Assembly (NCBI GenBank): GCA_964036045.1
Contig: OZ038379.1
Span: 43,276,001 to 43,340,000 of the forward strand
Reading direction: 5' to 3'
Origin: Eutreptiella sp. 'Long Island Sound 2002'
Taxonomy: Eukaryota > Protista > Euglenida
Length of the DNA stretch: 64,000 bases
Shown in pieces: positions 25,815-38,654 of this stretch (its first letter is position 1; the number at the start of each line of letters is the position of its first letter). Under the pieces are notes generated by a model, which saw nothing but the letters and a program-made list of their open reading frames with translations, was not told the origin of the DNA and ran no database searches. The position numbers were made by a program, and so were the translations under genes.

Positions 25815-28800
25815 GTTTCACTGTCAACAGTGAAACTCGAGGTGAAAGGCCACATTATATGACACTTTGGGCCGTACCCAACCCCTCCCACTTGTCTACA
25901 ACCCCGCCTTGGGTGCTGGTGGTCGTTCATTTGGGTGTGGTGGAGTATGCACGGACCCAAGTGAGGTTAACAGTGCAAGGTAGTTTCACTGTCAACAATG
26001 AAACTACTTTGCTCTGGAAGAATTGTGATGATACCTCCAAGTCCAGGTGGAGTACCTGTTTTACTACCCGGGCTAGGAGTTTGGTGTTTCACCACTTGGT
26101 CACCAATCTACCAAACATGTCTAAAAACTACGAGTTTGGTAGTGCTAGATGAGTACCCCCTTCTCAGCGGGGCACTTGCCATGCCCAGTGGGTGACCAGG
26201 TGGTGGTGCGGTATGCCACCTGGTGGCTAGGTGGGGGACGTAGCGGGATTCGAACCCAGCCCCACTGGGACAAGACGAGGTGGTTATCTACTGGACCACA
26301 CGACGGTCCGGTGATGTTTCCGATTCTGTTTTTTGCAGCCTTTTTCAAAAACATATTTCTTTTTACTCGTTTTTCCTGCTTATCCATGAACACCATATTA
26401 TGGGAAACAATTTCACCGTTAATAGTGAAGCTGTTTGAGGCCTCATACTCACTTACTTTGTCATCTCATCCTCCCAGGCCACGTTATCACACGTAGTTTC
26501 ACCGTCAACAGTGAAACTACTTTTGGTCATCAAGTACATACGGTAAGTTCCTGCAGCTATGTGCCTTTGTGCTTCCTTGTGGTTCTGCCGTGGTGGGGGG
26601 ACAACAGGGTGCCAGTGGAGGATGTTATTGCAGTTGTACCCCCCCCCTTTGTGCCACCATTCCATGTGTTGTTCTCCTGCCTTTCAAGTGGTTGGCTTCC
26701 ACAGCACCGAAGCACTGAGACTTTCACTGTCAACAGTGAAACCAACTGCCACCACTCCTCGTTAGTAGCACGTGGCTTATTGCACCCTGTGCACAAGTTC
26801 TGCTATTCTGCCTACTCACACCTGTCCACGATGGAGTTTCAATGTCAACAGTGAAACCACTGGTTGCCGTCTGCTTGTTCTGTCTGTATGTAATCCGCCT
26901 GTACTGCCTCAGAGGGCACAGTGACTGGCAACAGTGCCTCCCCATTCCGACTGCGAGAGATTTGGTCGGGGTTGTATGACGTCGTGGATCGGGGTGAGCT
27001 ATATCAAGACGGGGACTCATTGGTGGAATGCGCTCTGGGAGGAGTAGTAGCTTTTCCTTTTCTGGAGGTGGCTCCGGAGTTGCGTTTGAATCCTCGAACA
27101 AGACGAAGTATTGCAGATCTGAAGCAGGGCTGGCCGAGTCGTGGGTCCTAGCAATGGCTTCTGCGCTCTGTGCCCGCTCTGTTTAAGCTCCTCCGCCGCA
27201 TGCTGGTAGTCGCAAAGCCGATGATAGTGGCAAAAACGGTACCCAATGCAAGGGCCATGACAACACCAACCAAGAAACAACGGCTTGAGTTGCAGGGAAG
27301 TGGTTTTGCACTCTTCGAGAAACTACCTTTGGCCAACCGAGTTCCTTTTGCAAAAGAGAGGATCCGCCAAGAAATGACACAAGGATGATGTGACATGGGC
27401 ACACCAATTTTGCAACAGCCTCCATTTCATAGCAGCCCACGGGGAGCAAAGAGGTGCCAGAAGTGGGAGAAAAGCAGCCCCAAACCGTACAAAGCTGCAT
27501 GACCCAGGCACCTCCTCTAATGGGGTTTCACTCTCAACATTCAAAGTGTGCTGCAGGCGATTCGGTTCAAAGGACCATTTGCCTTTGGTTGTCACTGGAG
27601 CATTAGTTTTGGTGTTTCACTATCACACAAGATGCTGGGTTCACCTTATTTTGGCTGATTTCAATTTGCTGATTTTGTTGTTGTACACAAGACACAAGGC
27701 CACTAATAGTTCTTAAAACTAACATTGTGTACATTGATGCTGCAACATAATGCTTCCTGCTCCTCATTTACTTGTAGTGGTTCCTTCTGCCAAGGGATGC
27801 ACAATAAAGACGGAAATCAATTGTGCACCGTTCTTTATGGCCAAACCCTACCATGAATCATATCATGCTAGCCCTTTTTGAATGTGCGGTACATGGACGG
27901 ACACACACACAAAAGGCAAGAGGAATCAAAGAGAATGGTGTGAAGGCTGATAATGAACACAGGCAAGGACACCAGCATCAGAAGCTCCTTGACACCCTGT
28001 TGCCCGGCACCAGCATTCCAAAAAACTGGACTCTCCAAGCAGTTTTCACTGTTGACATTGAAGCTGTCTGCCTGGAAGCTACCTCATCCCCTGCTGTCGA
28101 TTCTGTGGTTCATGTGCCCCCAACTGTCCTCCAACTTGCCTTCAATGCCGTTAGTGTCGATGCAAAGCCAGCTCCTGCGAAGGCAACAAGGAACAAGAGG
28201 GGGAAGGCCAAGCCCCTTGCCAAGGCAAGTGCCAAGCGGCCGAAGGAGCAAACTACCCTCACTCAGATGGACCTAGAGAATGACGTGGATTTCCACAGCA
28301 TTGGTAAGGGACAGTAGCAAGCAATTGCAGCGCAGAGTGAGGACGCGAACAACGTGGGATCCGGCGGACAAGGAGCCCCCGGGGGTCAAGCGGAAACCCA
28401 AAGTCTCCGCCGTGACCATCCCCAGTGTGGCTCAGCCTGAGCAAGCTCCCCGGAGGACCCGCAGTGCAAAGCAGTAGGCTGGATGGGAGGACCTATCAGT
28501 TGTGCTTTTTTTAGAACTGCTTCAGGTTGTACTGTTGTTGCCCTGACAACGTCTGCGGGTTTGCTGGGTTATCACACTATAATTTCCCTGTCAACTGTGA
28601 AACACACTGCCATAATGACACCTGTGCCCAAAACGCCTGAAACCAGTGTCAGATTTTTTCTTGTCACTGCACTGCTCTGTGATGACCTACTGCACAGATA
28701 TGGTGCGGAACTCCACTATGTGCTTTCGTTTTTCAACAGACAGGAACAATCATTTATAAACCATAATTTGTACCCTTCAATCTCTGTCTTGGACTGCACG

Positions 28801-29174
28801 GACATATGACACTGCCCCTGTGTATTTGCACAGTACTTCATTGCAGGAGTCACCTACTGTTTGTCCTCAATGTCAGTTTCACCAACAGGCCCATATATCT
28901 GCTGTATTGTTTCCACGCTGCACCTCGGATACACTCGTTTGTAACAGGGGGAAGTTGTTCGTGCCTGCACCGGCTCCATAGCCGCACATGGGAAGGAATG
29001 GAGGGGGGGCGGGGTTCTGGGGATACAATCCATCACTCCTCAATGGTTCTATGTCAGCTGCTGTTTCACTATTGACAGTGAAACATCATCAAATATGGCC
29101 CCCACAGTGCAGTTTTGGGAAATTGAATTTTTATGTTAGTTTCACCGTTGGCCACACAGGCCAACAGTGAAACT
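25815..29174. repeat. Dispersed 22-bp palindrome GTTTCACTGT-CA-ACAGTGAAAC, about 11 copies with irregular unique spacers
   Basis: Copies start at 25815 (perfect), 25983, 26410, 26496, 26721, 26836, 27525, 28043 (reversed core), 28582 and 29063 (reversed core). There is also an expanded 16-bp-stem hairpin at 29138-29174 and partial copies near 25694 and 28876. Confidence 0.9.
26234..26304 (-). pseudogene. Degenerate tRNA-derived sequence (tRNA pseudogene or SINE head)
   Basis: The minus strand reads GTCGTG-TGGTCCAGTAG (A-box-like) ... CTGGGTTCGAATCCCG (B-box/T-loop) with tRNA-like spacing. Acceptor and anticodon stems pair poorly, so no isotype is assigned. Confidence 0.5.
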
Positions 29175-30724
29175 TTTTGCTTGTTTTCGGGGTACCCGTC
29201 GGCCCGGGATGTCATGTTCGTACCCCCAAGATCATTTCTCCTCCCAATGAGCTAGAAACTCTCCCGTGTTACTTTTGGAGCCTCCCGAGGTAAGTGCACT
29301 AGATGTTTGAAAGCGGCCAAATTATGCTGTATCGGGTCAACCGGCCACTTAAAAGCCACTCCAAGAGTGGCACTACTACTACTACTACAGTACGACTACA
29401 ATTACTGCTGCAGTAATATTCGGTTCCACCCCTATGACCCGTTTGAACCGTAAAGGCAGTCCCGTGTTGGGTTCACTTGGCACGTTGGACGAGAGAAGCG
29501 CACCAATGTACGCGCCAACGAGAAGCCACTATTCGTGAAGTGCTGTTGCGTCGGCAAGGTATGAGCATTCTTTGGCATAGGTTCAGGGTGCAAAGGCGTG
29601 TGAGGGGGGAAGGGGGATTGGGTCGAGTGTTGCGGGTGTTTTTTGCGTGAGGGGCACATGTCGATGATAGGTTCTTTGTTTTTTTTTGGGGGGGGGAAGA
29701 TGCCATGTTCCCCCAACATTAGTCGACACAGTTGCGACCCTCCAACCACCTCTGCATCGCATGAATCGACCTTTGGGAGGGGGGGGGGCGCATTGATTGA
29801 AACAACCACCATCCACCAACGAGGGCTGCACGGTCCATTGTGAGGTTGGGAGAGCCTAAGGTCCAGGGGTTTTAGGAGCATGTTCTAGGCTCACGCAAGG
29901 TCACGGCAAGGTCACCGACACTCGTTGCAAGTGCAGTTTTGTTGTAGTAGTGCAAGCGTGCCCTGCAAGTTCACCAAACGCTCAATCAACTCTTATGGAA
30001 GGCGCATGATATTCTAGTGTGCGTTTGATGAGCTTGCTCTTCACCAAGAGTGAAGTGAGCGTTCAATTTACGCTAGGGCTTGGACCAGCACCAACTGCTG
30101 CAGCTCATTTGTACACCGTGATGAGTGTAGTAGCGTGGGGAGAGGTTGAGTTATCTGGCCTACAACGCTAGGGTTGAGGCCGCAAAACAAAAATGTACAC
30201 CTTGAAGGGTGTAGTGAGGCCAAAACATAGGGGAATGGCATGGAGGCACGGAATGGTAGTTCACAACACCTATCACTACATGGTTCACCACTCCCATGTG
30301 CCCTTCGACCCTTCCCAGGGCTTGGGGAAATACACCTTTGCATGGAGTGGTTTACCACATGTTCCTCGCATTTGGTATGTTTTTCGGATAGGCATGAAGA
30401 CATATGGCATCCCACAACGCTCACTAAACGCCAGTTTAAGGCCCCATATTGTGCAATGAGTATTGTGGGAGTTCGTGAGTCTTTCCATGAAGGACAGCAC
30501 CGCACATAGCACGACCAGTGCACCTTGGGGGAGCGCCATTGGCCAACTTGGCAGTTGGAGGATTTGTGCTGTACCCATGGTTGCGGGATGTGCGGCTGGG
30601 AACACGACTACTACCCCGCGTGCAGTGCAGGGGCACACGACTTCTCGCATGACAGTGGGGGTCATTAAGGGACAGTCTTTTTTGAGGATTTTTTGAGGAT
30701 ATCCTTTATGGACCGTCCCAAGGG

Positions 30725-30870
30725 ACCACCAACCGCCAACCACCAACCGCCACATCTTGCCAACTGCCAACCACTACCGACCGCCATCAACCACCAATCA
30801 GCATCCACCAACCGCCGCCAACCACCACCAAGCACCATCAACCGCCAAGCGCCAACCGCCAAGCGCCAAT
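30725..30870. repeat. Degenerate (CCAACCG/CCAACCA)n simple repeat
   Basis: ACCACCAACCGCCAACCACCAACCGCC ... CCAAGCGCCAACCGCCAAGCGCC. Confidence 0.75.
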
Positions 30871-33800
30871 GGCTAGCAAGTGCCTTCCGGCAAGCCTCAC
30901 CAACGATGGTGGAATATATGAGGTACACACCGTCTTTTTGAAAGACTACCGTTAAGGGTTGCCTTTTTTGTCCTCTCTTAAGAACTGCCGCAGGTTGACC
31001 TACCGCCTAGTAGGCAAGTATAAGCGCATTGTTGGGCCCTGTGTTGCATCGCGGGGGCGTGATGCATTAGGTGCAAGACCCCTAATATTTTACAGGCACA
31101 TTGCAAGCTATGGCTGCATATGTCAATATGTTTGACAACATTGTTGAGCGGGCAGAGCGCGTTGATGCGCACGCGGTGAATTCGGACGCCGACGCCCGGT
31201 GCGATGTTAGCCCCTAAGGGACTCATTTTTCCTTCGAGAGCTGCAACCAAGGCTCCATTCGGTGTACCCACAGCGGGACCCGCCCGGGGTCCCGCTGCAG
31301 GTGTGGCTTTGATTTGTACCCAAACTCCCGGTAGGGTGCTGGTGGGCGTAGGAGGTGGCCAAGGTTCTGGTGGGCTGGGTGAGGGCGCTGGTCTTGGAGC
31401 AGGGTTCTTGGGAAGTCTTGTGGGTCAAACAAGCCGTTGCCTATAATTTCTTTGTGATAAGGGCGTTGCTAGCGGTGCCGTACCACCAAGCCTAGGCGAC
31501 AAGGCACATGTCGCACAATTGCACATCACGGAATCGTTTTTTCCTGCGAGTTTTTAGATGCAGTGCCAGCCATGTTGTTCCCGAAATCCTCAGGCCAATC
31601 GGGCGTGCTGCTGGGAACATCGCGGCCGAGTGGTCCGGCCGATCTCTCTTCCCAAAAGTGTGCTTGCCGAAATTGATCGCGAAAACGCTTCCGACCTTCG
31701 GAAGCAGCGCTCCTGATGATTGCCACCGTTTTGGGAAGCAGTGGCTTTAAACATCGCTTCCAATTTTCCGAAGCACTGCTTCTGATGGTTGGTTGCCGTC
31801 ATACCCCACACTGCTTCTGGAAGGCTATGGGCAATGGCATCGACTAAACAGGACGTCTGCTTCCCAAAACCCTGCCCTAATCGCATGGGATATGATAAAA
31901 AGTTGTGAACCGACTCATGACACGGCCGACCAGATCGGTGTCCGAAGAAGGTGAATTGGTACTTGGAGGACACCATGACCACAGAAAATGAAGGTACCTT
32001 GTTCCGACAGGCATGCCCCAGTTTTAGAAAGCAATAGTGTCACCACTCATTCATGCACGAGGGTGTCTATCTCCTACTGTGGCCCATATTGAAGCAATGA
32101 AAACATGACTCCCCCGCCCCCCCAACCCCCAAAGGTGGTGACGCACGATGTAGTGCCACTTCTTGTATGGAAGGTTTTTTTGTTTTTTGGCAAGCCACCC
32201 CAGCCAACCCCACCCTTTCCCCTCAAACTGGAATCCGCGAACGCCCAGGGGTCCGACTAATCCCTGGGATGCCAGTGGGGATGAGCTATGCACGGATTCA
32301 CCTGGCCTGTCAGGGGCATGGTGGACAGTGGCGTTTTCATGGAAAAAAAACGAACTATCTAATCTTATTTTCGGGGGATCCACTGTCTTGCTTTGTGCGC
32401 GTTTGTTTTCGGACAGTGCATCATTTGTGCCACACGTAGCCGCTCATATGAAGTGTCGGCAGGTCACATTTGAGAACCTTGTGCACCGATGGTCAACTTG
32501 ATTTGTGCATCCTGTTGGCAGGGCCCTATTGTCATGACCCCATGTCGCTCAAACGCATAGTAGGGAATTTTGTTTTTGGCACGGAAATACTGGGCACCAT
32601 GCCAACCCTTGGTGACAGTCATTCTTCCAATTTTGCTTGCAACATTGTTAGCAACGGGTCCAATCATCCTCCGCCCATCGGGAGCGTTGGTTCGGAGATC
32701 GGAAGCGTTTTCCCCGACCGAGCGGTTGGGGCACCTAACCATTCGGCTTACCTGTTGCCGTGGTGCCCTCCCCTACCGGGTGCTCTGCTTACCCTGTCTT
32801 ACTGCGCAGCTGCGCAGGGCATGTGGAGGCTGGCGGACAACCAGGCTCATGGTGGCTGCCGCTGGCCCTCCGTAGTGGGGGCTGTGAGCACGCTCCATGT
32901 TGTTCCCGTCCGCGTTACTTCCTGCCTCGTGACGGTTTCACAAGGTTCACTAGGCTCGGAGCCCCGTCGTTCCGGGGCTTCTTTCTCTGTCACTCCCCGG
33001 TGCCTGTGTCTGTAGCAGCCACGTCTGCTGCAGGCATGACCTGGGGCACTTATCCACTACGCTGCCCCCCTGCTGTGTTGCGGCCTAGGGAACCGGCGCC
33101 ACCTGGCCCGTGCTATTGGCGTGTCGCCACTCGGAGTCCGGGGAGGTGTGAAGGCTGCTATGCGAGAGGGCCCGTGCGTGGGGGGTTGTGTCTCCACTGC
33201 TGCGTTTGAAGGTGTAGTGCCTTGCTCGTGTGTTCCCGCGCGCGCGGCGAGTCGCGGGTGAGGCCGGCGCCCCGCTGTGTGCCCCCCCCCCCCTTTTGCC
33301 CCGTTGTCCTACGCGGCTCTGGCGGTTGGTGTGGTGGGTTGTTACGCCGGGGTGTGTTTTTCCTTGTCCGCTGGTACGCCATTTCAGGTGGTCTGCGCGT
33401 TGCGTGTCCTCGGTCCGCTCGCCCTTGCCCTTTCGCGCTGTGTATCCTTTGTGTGTTGGTGCGCGCTCGCCCTCGTCTCACTCCCGCTTTTCTTGTCCGG
33501 CTTCGCCCCTCCCCCCCTTTCCATCCGCGCGCACTCCGTGAGGTCCCCGCTCAGGGGATTGGTAGGACCGTTCCATGACGTTCCAGCCCCTGCGCGTTTC
33601 TTGTTCGGTTTCTTGCCCCCTTATTTCTCTTCAGAAAGGAGGGGGGGGGGTTTCGCGTTCCTGTCCCCGTTCAGCACTCCCTACTGGCGTCTAGCTAATG
33701 GGCGTATGACCTCGGGCACCAGGGCGTCTGATCACACGTGCCTTGGCGTCTGATCACAGAGGGGCGGATGGGCCTCGCGCGTGGGTTGTTGTGCTCGGTC

Positions 33801-36800
33801 CCGGGGCGACCGCTGGGCACCCCTTAGCCAGGCTAGGACCTTTGGGAGCTGTTGGGTTGAACCTCGCGTTCGGGTGGGTGTGCCGGGTCCCGGGGCGTCC
33901 GCTCGGCGCCCCTCAGCCAAGCCACGTCCTTTGGGCGCTATGTGGTTGGTTGTCAAGTGCGGGCCGATGTGCCGGCTCCCAGCGTGTCCGGCCGGCGCCC
34001 CTGCGCCGGGCTGCGTCCTTTGGGCGCAACGTGGTTGGTCTGCGAGTGCGGGTGGGTTGGGAGCACGAGTTGCCTTCGTGACCCCTCTGGGGAACATAGA
34101 CAGTGCGCTTGGTTTTGTTGTTGTGGGATTTCTTGGACAATCCACAACCTTTGGGAGCACGTCATCATCACTGCTAACCTCGGTTGACATGCGGCCATGC
34201 TTTGACTTTCTCTTCTATGGTACCTTGACAATATTAGTACCCAAGCAGGGTCTGGATTAGGATCACAACGTGGATAAGCGCTGAACCCAAGTCTCCCATA
34301 GCAACCAGCCGGGAAGGGCAATTCTAGTAGTAGAACACAACCTTGGTAAGATGTAACATTGTTGGGAACCTTGCTTCATGAACACGACTGGCAGATCGAT
34401 GCGCGACAATGTGTACATTGTGGAAGGTGACGCAACATCACAACAATATGTGAATGTCCCTTGCAACCATCCCAAGCATCATTGTTCTGACATTCCAACG
34501 CCAAGCTGTTTAGCTGCACTGCAATCAATCCGGAGATACAAATGGCATCATTCTATTTCAACCTGCGCACAATCAAAGCATTCAACTGCAATCTGTCCTC
34601 ATCAAGTTCAATGTACATTTGTAGCATGACATGCACAAATCTTCAAATAGATGCTTCACCAAAAAGAAGTTTAGCGGACGAAAAGAAGTGGTTTTATGCC
34701 ACCGAGCGATCTTTGGTGCCCCTTTTCCATAGATCGCGCAATGTTTTCGAGTATTTGCATAGAAAGATTTTCACACCTTCTCATCACATGCCGTGACATT
34801 GACTACCACAAGGCGACACGACAATGCCTCGCGAAAACCATCCCACTTGGGTGACGTGCACAAAGTACATCGCCATACTACATCCCAAGGAAGCCAAATG
34901 TCCTCTAATTCGGGGGTCCAATCTCCAAGATTGAAAGTCAACAACGACGTTGACTCCACATGCTTTTGCACCCAAACCATTTCATGATCGGTTTTTGGCA
35001 AATGGCATACATGAAGCATATTGCTACAGCGCCAATCGAACGACAGGCTCAAAGCAAGGTGTTCACATCCTTCTTGTTAAATGAAGCAAGGTATTTCGTG
35101 CACGCATACATGCATTCCTTGAAATTTCTTCTTTTTAGGTGCCTCTGACGAGGTGACCGAGTCCGACCGCTTTAGCATCCTTCCACTTGAGATAATTGAC
35201 AATTTCGTCATATTGTGTCCAGTAAAGCCCCGGGGTCATCTTCACAGTTGACCGCTAAATGTTGTCACATGGCCTCATTGTTCGGAACCAAGATCTGGCA
35301 AATGTACCCATGCAATCGGCAATTTGTTGTAACGCACTAGTTTGAGTGCTATCGAAATACTGTGCGGCCACGAGGCACGCCAAAGAGGCACGCTGCCGGC
35401 GGCAACCACTAAACGAGACCGGCTCCCAAGTACCAACGGTGACCAGGTGCCGCAAACCCGGGAAGCACGCACGGCACACAGAGCAATACGCAAGGCACGC
35501 AAGACCACGCACAGCCACACCAACTCGAACACGAGGTCCAACTAGGTAGCACCCGAAAGGATCCGGCGGGCGAAAAAAGGGGTGGCCACCTGACACCTCG
35601 GGACCTGGAACACCAACCCACACTCGAGGACCATCTAGGCAACGTCCATGGGACGTACCCTGGCCGACAGGCGCCCAGCGGCTGCCCCGGGACGCGGCAC
35701 AACAAACCGCACCCGAGGACCAACGAGGCCGCGCCCAAAGGATGTGGCCTGGCTGAGGGGCGCCTGCCGGAAGCCCCAGGTTCGGCACACCCACCGGCAC
35801 GCGAGGTTCAACCAGGTAGCGCCCAAAGTACGTGGCGGGGCTAAAGGGCGCCCACTGGACGCGCCGGGACTACAAATAACTACCAAGGAATGGTGCATTT
35901 GGGGCATGGTTCATTTGTTCCCCATGCACCTTGACCTAGAATGCAGCGAGAAACGCCGCACACATGCTTTGTATTGTCATGTGTCACGGAACATGTTATC
36001 CAGCTTCCTTGGTTAACGATAGGCCGTAGAGATGAGGCAAGGGAGAGAGATCTTACGCATGGCAAGTTATTCGCCAGCGCAATGCCCACCGCTGTGGACG
36101 AAAGTATTGGAGAGACGATGGGCCCTAAAATGTATGTGAAATTCCTTGGGTGTTGTGTCCGGCGCTCTAGAGTCCATTTGTGGCACCCTAAGAGGTGTCG
36201 GGTTTTCATGGGGCATTGTGTGGTGATGGCTTGATTTGTTAGGGGCCCCATCACAAAAGCGTGCTACCAATGCCGTTTGAAAAAGTTTCCATGGGAACCC
36301 CCCCCTCTAGCATAGGTAAAATCACAACTTTGCAAAACTATAAAAAGCACCCACACATATGACAAATTCATGGAAAACTAACAAAACCTCCCCGATGGTG
36401 AAATGACTATTTGTGGTCTCCACATTTGGCTTTTTTGTTTCTTTTTGCAGCAATGAACATAGGTAATAGAAAAGGGCCTCACCTTTTTCAAAGCCTGCAC
36501 ACTGCTGCTGGACCCCCCCTTGACCTCTGTCGTATGTCATAAGATACAACAAGCATATCAAATACCTTCTTCAAACATACGCCCACACTAACATAGATCA
36601 GGCAAGGAGTTTTTTGCAATAATATGATATTAGCACTTGGGATATCATTCTCCCAACACAATCACTTTGTACTGCACATCATACAAGTAGCAATATAAAT
36701 GTATTGTAAAATGAAGTTTCACAGCCGGAGAGATCTTTGACACGCCTGTTTTACAAATGGGCAATATACATAAAGGTGAACTATATGTGACAAAAATGGA

Positions 36801-38654
36801 AGGTGTAACACAAATCGGCAACCGAGCATCACGAAGAGCTCCACATGGAAGTCCCCGTGGAATGACACGTCCAGAAAAATAAGCAAACGTACGAATCGGA
36901 GTAATGACCACCAATCACTTCTTTCCCTTTGAGCTTGTAGATGGTAAGGCAGAGGAACAGCAAGGTCTTACGCGAGCTGCGACGCAAGATGATGTGCCTC
37001 ATGGCTTGGCGGCGACACGTCCGTCCGGAAGCGGCGGCGCACTAACGAGCAATATTGCCCAGAGTCACCGGGCAACCCCATAAAGTAGTATCGTTTGGCC
37101 ACACTACTTAGATACTCAAATAGTATATTTGCATGTGCAAGGGGTTACACGCGCCCAACGGCGCTACACATACGGCTGATGGCACCTTTGAGACTCCGCA
37201 ACACCGGTTGCATTGGAGAATTATGGTACAACCCGTAAGTGCCCGCAAACTTTGTGCACGGGCGTTCCTGAATGGGCACGGGTTCCTGCATGAACATGTC
37301 CGGCACCCCATGCTCAACTGTGACCTATTCATAGTGCACACAGCCCCGAAAGCGGACACAAACAAAAAAAGGCTGGGCAGCCAGTGCATGTTGATAGGGC
37401 TCGCACCGTGGCCCGACGGCACGCTAATTTGGGTTTGGGTCCGACGCTGAGAGTAAGGTAGCGCGCATCCGGGCTAAACCGAAAGTCTCCCCTCAAGAGG
37501 GGATGGGTGGGTTGGGGAGGTGGTGGTGGGTGGGGGTGCGCTGATCAACGACGTCCCCAAGGGCAACAGTGCGGTCTAAGTATGTGTAAACAGATGGGAC
37601 CCTGTGGTCTAACCCCGCGGCACACAAACCCTTGGGGCAGGCGGGGGTTGCACACGGGTGTGGCTCGGCTCTGTGGTCCAGAAATTGCGAGTGGGAAACC
37701 CGATGCCCCACTTGCGAGAGGGCCACTTGCACCATCCAGCGCACAACAAAGAACTACCTTGCCCCCCCCCCCCATGTTAGAATACCCATGGGGACATTCC
37801 CTGGACTAGCTGTGCGCAGGGGGTTATGGGGTCGATAGCCTTCGCCAAGGAGGGGCGTTTCGGCACCTATTGGTGCGATGTTGGGTGGCTGGGTGGCGTA
37901 CGACGGTGGGGACCTCTAACGTGGCTTGGCTGTAGGTGTGGGTGGCAAGGTCGAGTACACACGTGGGGGGAGTTGGCGATGGGGGGGGGGGAGTGTGGCG
38001 TCCTCCCCGATGAGGTGGCACGGTGGGAAGTACCTGCGTCGTAGCTTGAGTGATGCCCCTGCCTCTCCACGGGAGATGGACGATGAGAAACCCCTTGAGC
38101 TACTAGTTTCTACACCACCCACTCTGACACCCCGCCCCATACCTCCCTGCAACGGATTGGAAAACCAAATACATGGCAGAGCTCATAAACAAGCGGAGGA
38201 GGGGAGCAAAGAGCACAACAAGGGATGGATAAGGAAAAATAGCAAAGGGAGCCGCCAACCTTCAACTACTTGGTCCTACCATAGGCGGCATGGTCACACG
38301 CGGGAGCCGTGTTGTGCTTTTCCGGGCTTGCATGGCCAATTTCCATGTGGCCCTGCGGATGGAGAGTAGTGCTTGCGGGGTTCAGATGGACGTGCTCCTG
38401 TGTACTCAAATTTGACCCCTTGCGGTGTATGCCCATCATCACATGGCATCTATTCAACATCTTGGCACCGGGGAACGCCAAATGCAGCACCTGAAAAGAC
38501 AAAGGGTTGAAAGTGTGCATTTATTGGGCAAATTATCTTTCTGCAATGCCGTGTGACGCGATCCTTCCTTGCACTGCAGCACCTTTGACTCCCTCATTGC
38601 GTGCTGTATTGCTGAAGTTCCGGCCCGCATAGCAAAACATGCACAAAGGCAAGC

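Larger units (their letters stand above)
25640..29232. mobile_element. 3.6-kb unit bounded by 26-bp inverted repeats (putative non-autonomous DNA element)
   Basis: ATCTTGGGGGTACGAACCAGACATCC (25640-25665) versus the reverse complement of 29207-29232, ATCTTGGGGGTACGAACATGACATCC, gives 24/26 identity. An AGTTTCAC half-site lies about 30 bp inside each end. No target duplication could be resolved. Confidence 0.6.

Noticed and set aside
25815-29174. CRISPR interpretation of the 22-bp palindrome array
   Set aside because: Spacer lengths vary about tenfold (up to roughly 670 bp), orientation is mixed and no cas genes are present.
31680-32715. TIR element defined by GAAAACGCTTCCGA inverted matches (about 31681 and 32700)
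   Set aside because: Similarity covers only about 40 bp, does not extend convincingly, and no TSD is present.
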